Assembly: GCA_029565395.1 (NCBI GenBank)
Contig: JAKQOG010000258.1
Location: 20,797-84,796 of the forward strand
DNA from: Candidatus Hydrogenedentota bacterium
GTDB lineage: Bacteria; Hydrogenedentota; Hydrogenedentia; Hydrogenedentales; CAILVY01
Direction of reading: 5' to 3'
DNA: 64,000 nucleotides
Shown here piece by piece: positions 38,231 to 46,367 of the stretch (position 1 is the stretch's first letter; every line of letters starts with the position of its first letter). The notes under the pieces are model-generated. The model did not search any database. It was not told the origin of the DNA and saw only the letters and a list, made by a program, of their open reading frames with translations. The position numbers were made by a program, and so were the translations under genes.

Positions 38231-38829
38231 CGCAAGTATATTGTCTTCCGGGCGGCGTTCCGGGGGAATTCGCCGCACGGTATTTTGGCCGTCCGCGATT
38301 GGCCAATCTCTATGGTCTGCTGAGCCGTCCGGTGCGTGTTGCAAGTACGGAAGATCCCGCCACGCGCATCCCCCCCTTTGTCGAACGCATCTGGATGCCC
38401 GCGTATGCCATCCGCATACAGGCCGCCACCCGAAAAGACAGCAACAGCGTTTGGACCTCCGTCGACGGGTGGTCCGGGCAATGCGCCATCATGGATTGCT
38501 CGGATCAATTAGTGGAATGGGAATTGGATGAAGACTGCATGCCCCCAAAACTGGAGGAAACGGAAGCAGTCAAAGCCGCCCGCAAAGGCCTGCTCCGTTT
38601 TATTCTCTCGCAACGCGGTCAGATGAACAAGCCCGATATCGGGGCCGTGGAAGAAATCCGGCTATACCATTTCCCCCTCTGGGTGTATTACCACCACCGC
38701 CGGTTTGGAAAACGGCTGGATATCAAGGTGCTCGACGGCTGCACGGGGAAATCCGCCGGCGCCAAAATGCGCATCGCACTGATCAACGCCCTGGTCGCCG
38801 CGAAAAAGGCCAAGACGCAACCCGCCTGA
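38227..38829 (+). CDS. Hypothetical protein
   Basis: 200-aa ORF with a GTGA overlap to the upstream gene and normal codon style. Confidence 0.6.
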   Translation: MTQVYCLPGGVPGEFAARYFGRPRLANLYGLLSRPVRVASTEDPATRIPPFVERIWMPAYAIRIQAATRKDSNSVWTSVDGWSGQCAIMDCSDQLVEWELDEDCMPPKLEETEAVKAARKGLLRFILSQRGQMNKPDIGAVEEIRLYHFPLWVYYHHRRFGKRLDIKVLDGCTGKSAGAKMRIALINALVAAKKAKTQPA

Positions 38830-38844
38830 CTCCGAAGATTTTAC

Positions 38845-38872
38845 TTGCAATTTTGCATTTAAAATGCATAAT
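38845..38872 (+). promoter_or_regulatory. Sigma70-like promoter with palindrome in the spacer
   Basis: TTGCAA-N16-CATAAT with TGCATTT-A-AAATGCA (38854-38868). AAGGAG RBS downstream. Confidence 0.55.
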
Positions 38873-38892
38873 TACACGTAAGGAGATTGGGT

Positions 38893-40119
38893 ATGCCACA
38901 AGGCAGGTATATTAAACGTTCCTTGGAGCCGGTGCTGAAAAAGGCGGTGTCTGAGTTTCCTGCCGTTGTGTTGACCGGCCCCCGCCAGTCCGGAAAGACC
39001 ACCCTGTTAAAACATTTATTCAGCAAGCGTTATGGGTATGTTTCGCTGGAAACGCCGGATATCCGTGCATCTGCCCTTGAAGATCCCCGCGGGTTTCTAG
39101 AGATGTATCCGCCGCCGGTGATTTTCGATGAAATCCAACATGCGCCGGAATTGCTTCCGTATGTGAAGGAGCGAATTGATGTCCACCGCAATAAGGCTGG
39201 TCAATACCTTCTTACGGGCTCCCAGAACATTCTTTTGATGGAAAAAACCAGCGAGTCGCTCGCGGGCCGCGTGGCTGTCCTGCGTTTGCTGCCCCTGTCC
39301 CGCCGTGAGATTATGGGATATCCGCAAACGCCGTTGCCCTGGGAATCCAAGAAACAAAAACAACGGGATGAACGTATATCGTCCGGATCGCTATGGAAAG
39401 AGTTTCTGCGTGGCGGGTATCCGGAATTAGCGGTGAATCCGTCAAGGGACTGCAATCTCTGGCATGCGGGATACGTGCAAACCTACCTGGAACGGGATGT
39501 GCGTACGATCCGGCAGGTGGGCGATCTTTCGCAGTTTCAAATTTTTTTACGGGCGCTGGCGGCGCGGAGCGCCCAATTGCTAAACCTTTCAGAGCTTTCA
39601 AGAGATCTTGGCATTGCCCTGAACACCGTTAAATCCTGGTTATCCGTGCTGGAAGCCACCTATCAGGTAACCGTGCTCAGACCCTATTTTGCAAACATAG
39701 GAAAACGCCTGGTCAAGACTCCAAAAGTCTACTTCAACGATGTTGGAATGCTTTGTTATCTGACCGGCCTTAAAGATCCGGAACATGCGATGGCGGGACC
39801 CTTGGGCGGGGCTATCATGGAAACCGCCGTGCTTTCCGAAATAGTAAAAACGCATATCCATCAAGGCACTGATCCGCACGTGTATTTTTGGCGAACGTCA
39901 TTTGGCACGGAAGTGGATATTTTAGTGGAAACGGGCGGTAAGATAGTCCCTATAGAAGTAAAACTCTCCGCAACGCCACGGCCCGCCATGGCCGTGTCCA
40001 TTAAAACATTTCAGGAAGACTTTCCAGATACATCCTTGCCCGGTTATGTGATTCATTCCGGTTCTGTCCGCTTGCCCCTTGGCCCAGGTGTGACCGCATT
40101 GCCGTTTGATGCGCTGTAG
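38893..40119 (+). CDS. AAA+ ATPase (AAA_14) with DUF4143 domain
   Basis: GPRQSGKTT, IFDEIQHAP, LTGSQ, RGGYP, YLERDV, RLVKTPKVYFNDVG and EVDILVE...IEVK. Confidence 0.9.
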   Translation: MPQGRYIKRSLEPVLKKAVSEFPAVVLTGPRQSGKTTLLKHLFSKRYGYVSLETPDIRASALEDPRGFLEMYPPPVIFDEIQHAPELLPYVKERIDVHRNKAGQYLLTGSQNILLMEKTSESLAGRVAVLRLLPLSRREIMGYPQTPLPWESKKQKQRDERISSGSLWKEFLRGGYPELAVNPSRDCNLWHAGYVQTYLERDVRTIRQVGDLSQFQIFLRALAARSAQLLNLSELSRDLGIALNTVKSWLSVLEATYQVTVLRPYFANIGKRLVKTPKVYFNDVGMLCYLTGLKDPEHAMAGPLGGAIMETAVLSEIVKTHIHQGTDPHVYFWRTSFGTEVDILVETGGKIVPIEVKLSATPRPAMAVSIKTFQEDFPDTSLPGYVIHSGSVRLPLGPGVTALPFDAL

Positions 40120-40130
40120 TTTTTGGGAAT

Positions 40131-40790
40131 CTACGAGCGTCCGGATTGGATGCCGTCGCGGAGGGTGGTGTAGGACTCTACAAGCATTTGTTCAATAGCG
40201 GGCCAGTCGGCATTAGGGCCGCCTTCGTCGCGGAGGGCGGCGGCTTGGGCGCGCAATAATCCGGCGCGTTCGATTTGAGGATTGGTTTGGCCGTAGAGCA
40301 GCGCATAGAGGTGGGCAATTTTGGCGCCGACAATCGCGGGATCGTAGGTGTCAGGACTCCGCCGCGCCTCCCACCAATCCAATTCCGCTTTGGCAAGTTC
40401 GCGGGCGTCCCAGTTCGTATTACAGGCCTTCGCGAGGTTGGCATAGGCTTCTTCGAGTTTCGGGAGCACGGTGGTTTCGTAATTGCCTTCCGCCCGGGCA
40501 AAGATCATGGTGCCGCGCGCCATGGGTTCGACCACGGCCGCGGCGGTGAGAAACGATACGCCCATCTGCTCCCGCATGATAGACACCATCTCCCAACCAA
40601 GATCCTCGCCCTGGCCGGTATAATAAAATTTCCACATTCGGGTTTCAGATGCGGCCACCTTTTGCGGATCAAAATCATAGTTGATTCCGTGATCGTAGAA
40701 CGCGAGATAACAGCCAATGCTACCCGCAAGTAGAATCAACAGGATGAAAACAAGAAGAATGCCCAACGCAATTTGCCGAAACCGTGACAT
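40131..40790 (-). CDS. Hypothetical helical protein with N-terminal membrane anchor
   Basis: Start at ATG 40790 (MSRFRQIALGILLVFILL...) removes the overlap with the upstream gene. Confidence 0.7.
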   Translation of the reverse strand: MSRFRQIALGILLVFILLILLAGSIGCYLAFYDHGINYDFDPQKVAASETRMWKFYYTGQGEDLGWEMVSIMREQMGVSFLTAAAVVEPMARGTMIFARAEGNYETTVLPKLEEAYANLAKACNTNWDARELAKAELDWWEARRSPDTYDPAIVGAKIAHLYALLYGQTNPQIERAGLLRAQAAALRDEGGPNADWPAIEQMLVESYTTLRDGIQSGRS

Positions 40791-40815
40791 ACTGTTTTTC
40801 CCTTGGTAAAGTATT

Positions 40816-41625
40816 TTATTTTGTACACAGGAAGATAATCTGGCTGCCGGGTATTTTAAAACGGCGCTGTTCTTCCGGGGATAACAGGTCTGTTGGTGTA
40901 AACGTCTGAACCTGAAATCCATGTAAGCGTTCGGAAAAGTCAAGAGGGGAATAATCCCGTACGTGACCGAACATTCGTTCGTTGCCACGTCCGAATTCCA
41001 TGGTGCGGGCCAAATGCATGCCGAAGGGCACCATGATCAAGGCCTTTCCACCGGATTTGATCACGCGCGCGATCTCCGAGATCGCGGCGCGGTCATCGTC
41101 CACATGCTCCAGCATGTGCAGCACGGCGGCGGCGTCGAATACAGCATCAGGCAACGGCAACCGCTGGGCATCGGCCTGAAACCGAGGGCCGGTAAGCGGC
41201 CTGAGCTTCTCAGGGGCGATATCCATGCTAAAACACCGGCGTCCCTCGCCTTGCAAAAGGTTCCGCACCTGCATTTCCGGGGCGAAGTGCAAAATATCGC
41301 CGCTGCCGGATAAAAGGGCATCCGGATAACGGTTGAAAAAAACCTGGATCATACGATGCCGCTCCTGGGCAAGGCAGTGCGGGCATTCCGCCTCAGCCAG
41401 CACGCAAATTTCGCCGTCGAGGGCATGAAACGCATAGCCTGTCCAACCGCAACAGGGACACTCCACGCGTTTTTGACGCGTCAGCCGGCTCCGGAGCAGA
41501 TTTGCGGCATTGAGCGCATGGGCTTTCGCACATATCCATCCTGCATGGGGATTTCGGGAGAAGGTCTTGCGGAACACCTCCGCAAGATCACTCACTACGT
41601 GATTTAATACAAAAGAAACATTCAT
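40816..41625 (-). CDS. Class I SAM-dependent methyltransferase with N-terminal CxxC...CxxC
   Basis: ECPCCG...CPHCLAQERHR, ILHFAPE, HMLEHVDDDRAA, IKSGGKALIMVP and GHVRDY. The start is uncertain. Confidence 0.8.
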   Translation of the reverse strand: MNVSFVLNHVVSDLAEVFRKTFSRNPHAGWICAKAHALNAANLLRSRLTRQKRVECPCCGWTGYAFHALDGEICVLAEAECPHCLAQERHRMIQVFFNRYPDALLSGSGDILHFAPEMQVRNLLQGEGRRCFSMDIAPEKLRPLTGPRFQADAQRLPLPDAVFDAAAVLHMLEHVDDDRAAISEIARVIKSGGKALIMVPFGMHLARTMEFGRGNERMFGHVRDYSPLDFSERLHGFQVQTFTPTDLLSPEEQRRFKIPGSQIIFLCTK

Positions 41626-41792
41626 GCCGTTTAAAACAACGCTTTCTTCTTTAAATCCAGCAGGGAGTATGGCAAAGTATGCATGGGTATTCAAAACAAC
41701 CGGCGGTGCGGTCATATTTTCAACTGTCTCCCCGGCTTCTGCTACTATGCCGTTTGTAAAGCAATTCCCGTAAATCAGGAGAGCAACATAAA

Positions 41793-43460
41793 ATGCTGAA
41801 ATGTGGTGTTGGTGTAATCTTATGCGTTTTTTGCAGTGGCTGGGCCTTGGCGCAGACGCAGGAGGAAAAACAGAACCTTATGGGAACAACAATGGCGCCC
41901 AGGATTGTGAACATCGTGAATTTCATTCGCGGCGTGGAGCCTCGAACGGATGTGGATCTGCTGTTGCCGGTGGTCAAGCAACTCGAACTGATCAAACAGC
42001 ATGGATTACCCGCCACCTTCTTGATTCAATACGATGCCATGGAGCAGGAGCGGTTTGTAATTTTGTTAAAAGAGCAATTGCCGCAGCAATGCGAGCTTGG
42101 GGGCTGGTTTGAGGTGGTGCAGCCGATGGTGGAGGCCGCGGGCCTGAAATGGCGGGGGCGCTATCCCTGGGACTGGCACGTGAATGTCGGATTTTCCGTG
42201 GGATATCCGCCTGCGGAGCGAGAAAAACTGGTGGATGTGTTCATGGAGAAATTCAAGAACACCTTCGGCTATCTTCCGAAATCCGTGGGGTCCTGGTTTC
42301 TGGATGCCCACACGCTCGGTTATATGGCGGACAAGTACGGCGTGAGCGCCTCGTGTAATTGCAAGGATCAGATCGGGACCGATGGGTACACCCTCTGGGG
42401 CGGATACTGGAATCAGGCCTATTATCCCAGCCGCAAGAATGCGTATATGCCCGCGCAACATGCGGGCGGGCAAATCCCCGTGCCGGTGTTCCGCATGCTG
42501 GGAAGCGATCCGATTTACCAATATGATGCGGGCTTTGGAGAAGCCGCACAGAGTGTGGTTACGCTGGAACCTGCCTACAAAGACGGTGGCGGAAACCCGT
42601 CGTGGGTGCGGTGGTTCTTCCGCACCTTGACCGATGCCCCCTGTCTGGCGTTCGCCTATACCCAGGTGGGCCAGGAAAATTCGTTTGGCTGGCCCGTCAT
42701 GGGCGAGGGATTAACCGATCAGATCGGATTGCTGGAAGAGTTGTCGAAACAGGGCAAGGTGCGTGTGGAGACCTTGGCCGCTTCCGCCGAATGGTTCCGG
42801 AACACCTTCCGCACGACGCCCGAAACCACAGTGACCGCGCTTGAAGATTGGAAGGACGAAGGCCGCGCCTCGGTGTGGTATAACTCCCGGTATTACCGTG
42901 TCAATGTCTTCTGGGATAAAGAAAAGATGTGTATTCGTGACATCCATATGTTTGATGAACGGTATGCGGAGCGCTATCTGACGGCGGTTGAGCCCTCTTC
43001 TTCCTGTATATATGACACGCTTCCGGTGGTGGACGGATTTCGTTGGAGCACGCAGGAAACGCGGGCAGGGCTGACCCCCGTGGCCACGGTGAACGGGCAA
43101 ACCATTCCGTTGAGCGGCCGCGCGCCGATCGTGGAAGAAACACGGGACGGCAAACTGCGTGTGCGATGGCCGTTGCTGGATATTGGAGAACTGGAAGCCC
43201 TATTTCAAAAGGAAACGATGCAGTTTCAGATCACCGGTGTGCCCGCAGAGCTGAATTGGGGATTGCAGCTTGCCTGGAGCGGGGAAAAGAAAGTGCCCAT
43301 TACCGAAACCCGCCCTCAGGAAATCGTTTATAAATATAATGGTTTCATATATTCGCTGGCGGTTCCGCAGGGCACGGTGGGCCGCATTCCGGGCGAGCCT
43401 GCAATAACGATCCATCCGCAGGACGGAAAGATCCGCGTGCTGTTGCGAAATCCCCGTTGA
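41793..43460 (+). CDS. Secreted hypothetical protein with deacetylase/glycoside-hydrolase-like beta/alpha barrel
   Basis: Signal peptide, LPATFLIQYDA, FGYLPKSVGSW and CNCKDQIGTDGYTLWGGYW. Confidence 0.65.
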   Translation: MLKCGVGVILCVFCSGWALAQTQEEKQNLMGTTMAPRIVNIVNFIRGVEPRTDVDLLLPVVKQLELIKQHGLPATFLIQYDAMEQERFVILLKEQLPQQCELGGWFEVVQPMVEAAGLKWRGRYPWDWHVNVGFSVGYPPAEREKLVDVFMEKFKNTFGYLPKSVGSWFLDAHTLGYMADKYGVSASCNCKDQIGTDGYTLWGGYWNQAYYPSRKNAYMPAQHAGGQIPVPVFRMLGSDPIYQYDAGFGEAAQSVVTLEPAYKDGGGNPSWVRWFFRTLTDAPCLAFAYTQVGQENSFGWPVMGEGLTDQIGLLEELSKQGKVRVETLAASAEWFRNTFRTTPETTVTALEDWKDEGRASVWYNSRYYRVNVFWDKEKMCIRDIHMFDERYAERYLTAVEPSSSCIYDTLPVVDGFRWSTQETRAGLTPVATVNGQTIPLSGRAPIVEETRDGKLRVRWPLLDIGELEALFQKETMQFQITGVPAELNWGLQLAWSGEKKVPITETRPQEIVYKYNGFIYSLAVPQGTVGRIPGEPAITIHPQDGKIRVLLRNPR

Positions 43461-43636
43461 TCGCGAGATCTTATCGTTATAGACTTCGCGTTCAGACCTT
43501 GACAACCTCTTCAAGCGCCTTCATAATAATGCACCCAGTGGGTGTATCACATGTTGGCGTCCGCAGAGGAAGAAGTGTCTGTGCCGCAGCCGGGAATATG
43601 TGAAACCAAGTACACCGTGGAATCTTGAGGCCGATA

Positions 43637-46327
43637 ATGACCGACAACATAGAACCGCATCCCCCCCGGCGTCTGCCCCAAAAACTGGGCAGCGTAGTCC
43701 GCCGAGTGCCGGGCGATTGGTGGGGGGCGGCCGGGATTGCCGTGCTGGCTTTCTGCATGGCAATGGCCTACTTGCACGCCACGATGAGCTTTCCGGCGCC
43801 TTCCAGCCTGCCATTGTTTCCTAATTTCAACCTCACCGCCTCCGTATCGTATGCCGCAGGTCAAGGTCTGCGGCCCTTGGATGTATCTTCTGTGCCGGAA
43901 TTGTGGGATTTTCTGCTTGGGAAAACAGAGCGATTCACTGGCAGCATCCCGTCTCTGCCCAGGCCCAAAACCTTCCGATTCGTGGAAAGCCATCAGTATC
44001 TTCTGCGGGCCATCGGCCTCTGCTGGCGGTGGCGGGGGTTTTCCTGGTCCGCAATCTATGGGCTCGAGGCAGCGCTTTATGGCGTCATGATCGCGGCAGC
44101 CTATGGTTTGTTTCGGCTCGGAATAAACCGCGGCCTCTCCCTGCTTTGCACGGCATGCTTTGCCTGCTATCCCTCCTGCCTCGGCATGTTGATGTGCCCC
44201 CGTGATCTCTCAAAGGGTCCCTTCATCCTGCTCATCCTGCTCATCTGCGGCTATCTGGTGAAAAACAAAGTCAACACCCGCGTCCTTCTTGGTCTCGCCG
44301 CAGTCCTCGGATGCATCATCGGTTTAGGAATCGGATTTCGCGGCGATGTCATGATCTTCGCCCCCATGGCCGCCGGATTGCTCTTTGTTTTTATGCCATG
44401 GCAAGGCCTGCGTCACATTTTCGCGCGGGCCGCCATGGTGCTCATCATATTCGCCTGCACCATCCTTGCAGGTTATCCCGTCCTGAAAGCTTCTGCCGCG
44501 GGAGAGGACGACACCGGACTGAATCTGCTAGGCGGTTTTACCGATACTATTCTAAACCTGATGGCATTGGATGGTGCGCCATACTCCCTCATTGGCCAGC
44601 ACAATGACGCCTTTATTGCGGCAACCGCCATTGATTATTATCTCCAGCATGCAGACGCCGGAGCGCCGCTGCCGGACTTCAAAACAAAATACGTTCCCAA
44701 ACAGGTGGCGCTGCGCTATTGCATCCAACTCGCCAAGACGTTTCCGGCAGACCTGATTACCCGGGTCTATGGAAGCATACTGGGAGTCGTGGAAGCAGCA
44801 CCCGCGGATGAAATCCTTTATTATGATATCCATACCCAAAAACAAAAACGGATCTTGCAGTATATCGCGGATTACGGGGCCTGGGCTTCGGCCCATGCCG
44901 ATGCCTGGGGCCGGTATTATGCCGCAGCCGCTCTCATACTCATTGCCGCCTCCAATCTTCAACTGGGCATCGCCGCCTTGTTTTTATTCCTCTGTTTCGC
45001 GGGATATCCCTCCCTTCAGTTCGGGTATCGCCATATTTTCCATCTGGGATTCATGACGCTCTGGTTTCCTGCATTTGTCCTCGGATGCGCAATATCCTGG
45101 GCAGGACGTCTCCGCAACGCCGAAAACCGGACTCGAATGGTACGATGCATCGCCAATCCAAAGGAGTGGTGGTCCCTCCCAATAAAACGCGTTGTGGTCT
45201 TTTCCATTTTCTCCCTTCTCGTAATGTTCGGACCGCTGGGCGTGGCGCGCGTCTGCCAGCACTATACCGTCGGAGACCTGTACGCGGCACTAGACGCCAG
45301 CGAACTCGAAGAGATCCCCTGCGAACAGACCCAGCACCCGCTCCTTCCTCATCTGGTCATGTTCGAGGCAAAACGCGAACCGGCTTTCCTGATGCAGCCG
45401 GAACGCACTGGCCGCACCGACACCTTCTCTGACTATCTCGTGGCGGAATTCAGCAATGATATGCTCCTGCCCACCTGTGAGATTGTGTACGCGGACAAGA
45501 ACAAGCCCAATACCCTCTCTCTTACTCATGCACGCGCCTTCGAGCCATGGTCGACGCAAAACCCTCCTCTCAACCGCTTTTTCTTCCCCATCTACGAGAC
45601 CAGGGATGAAGCAAACAAATTCCTGGGAATCGCCATGCGAAAACAGTACATGTCCTGCTTCAAAGGATTGTACAAGGTCAAAAATCCCGGCCAACTGCCC
45701 ATGATGTTCACTACCTACCTCCCCTCCGATTGGAGTCAATTCCCGCGTTGCCGCACCATGCAACCCCACGAATTGCCTCCCTATATACGAACGGCAAAAT
45801 GTTTCAATGTGCTCGGCAACGGCGGCTTCGAACAGTGGAACAGCGGCGTCCCATCCGGATATTATCCACCCATAAATGCCCTCCTCGAAAAGGAAACCGA
45901 AACGGTATGGGAAGGGCATGCAGCACTCAAGCAAACATGGACCCGGAAGGAATCCACCAGCATCTTCAATCAATTCCGTTTGGAAGTCCAAGATCTAAAA
46001 CCAAATACCCGGTACATGTTCCAATTTCAGGCAAACAACCTCTCAAAAACGAAATGCTCCATAACTATCTATCAGGCCGTGCCATCAGAAAACGGTGAAT
46101 CGCTCCATTGCCGCTGTTTTCCTGCCCCTATCAGACCAGTCGATGGATTCAAAGATTACACCCTGCTCTTCTCGACGCGCCCCGAGGAAAATGCCCGCGT
46201 CATTATCAGTGTTTACGGGAATTATCCGGACGAGCTTTCAAATGAACCCTTTTCCGTGATTTGGGACGACTGGCGATTGGTGGAGCTTGGGCCAACTCCC
46301 GATGGATTTCCTTCGGAGGACATTTGA
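43637..46327 (+). CDS. Polytopic membrane protein, GT-C-like, with C-terminal carbohydrate-binding-like jelly-roll (paralog 1)
   Basis: About 10-12 TM segments, RDLSKGPF, IGFRGD, FPADLITRVY and C-terminal LGNGGFEQW...VIWDDWRLV. Confidence 0.6.
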   Translation: MTDNIEPHPPRRLPQKLGSVVRRVPGDWWGAAGIAVLAFCMAMAYLHATMSFPAPSSLPLFPNFNLTASVSYAAGQGLRPLDVSSVPELWDFLLGKTERFTGSIPSLPRPKTFRFVESHQYLLRAIGLCWRWRGFSWSAIYGLEAALYGVMIAAAYGLFRLGINRGLSLLCTACFACYPSCLGMLMCPRDLSKGPFILLILLICGYLVKNKVNTRVLLGLAAVLGCIIGLGIGFRGDVMIFAPMAAGLLFVFMPWQGLRHIFARAAMVLIIFACTILAGYPVLKASAAGEDDTGLNLLGGFTDTILNLMALDGAPYSLIGQHNDAFIAATAIDYYLQHADAGAPLPDFKTKYVPKQVALRYCIQLAKTFPADLITRVYGSILGVVEAAPADEILYYDIHTQKQKRILQYIADYGAWASAHADAWGRYYAAAALILIAASNLQLGIAALFLFLCFAGYPSLQFGYRHIFHLGFMTLWFPAFVLGCAISWAGRLRNAENRTRMVRCIANPKEWWSLPIKRVVVFSIFSLLVMFGPLGVARVCQHYTVGDLYAALDASELEEIPCEQTQHPLLPHLVMFEAKREPAFLMQPERTGRTDTFSDYLVAEFSNDMLLPTCEIVYADKNKPNTLSLTHARAFEPWSTQNPPLNRFFFPIYETRDEANKFLGIAMRKQYMSCFKGLYKVKNPGQLPMMFTTYLPSDWSQFPRCRTMQPHELPPYIRTAKCFNVLGNGGFEQWNSGVPSGYYPPINALLEKETETVWEGHAALKQTWTRKESTSIFNQFRLEVQDLKPNTRYMFQFQANNLSKTKCSITIYQAVPSENGESLHCRCFPAPIRPVDGFKDYTLLFSTRPEENARVIISVYGNYPDELSNEPFSVIWDDWRLVELGPTPDGFPSEDI

Positions 46328-46367
46328 TGTATAGGCGCACGACACCCCCAAGGAGCTTGCTTGCCCC

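Noticed and set aside
40790-40988. Apparent 173-nt overlap of two minus-strand genes
   Set aside because: It disappears when the downstream gene starts at ATG 40790, which gives a sensible membrane anchor.
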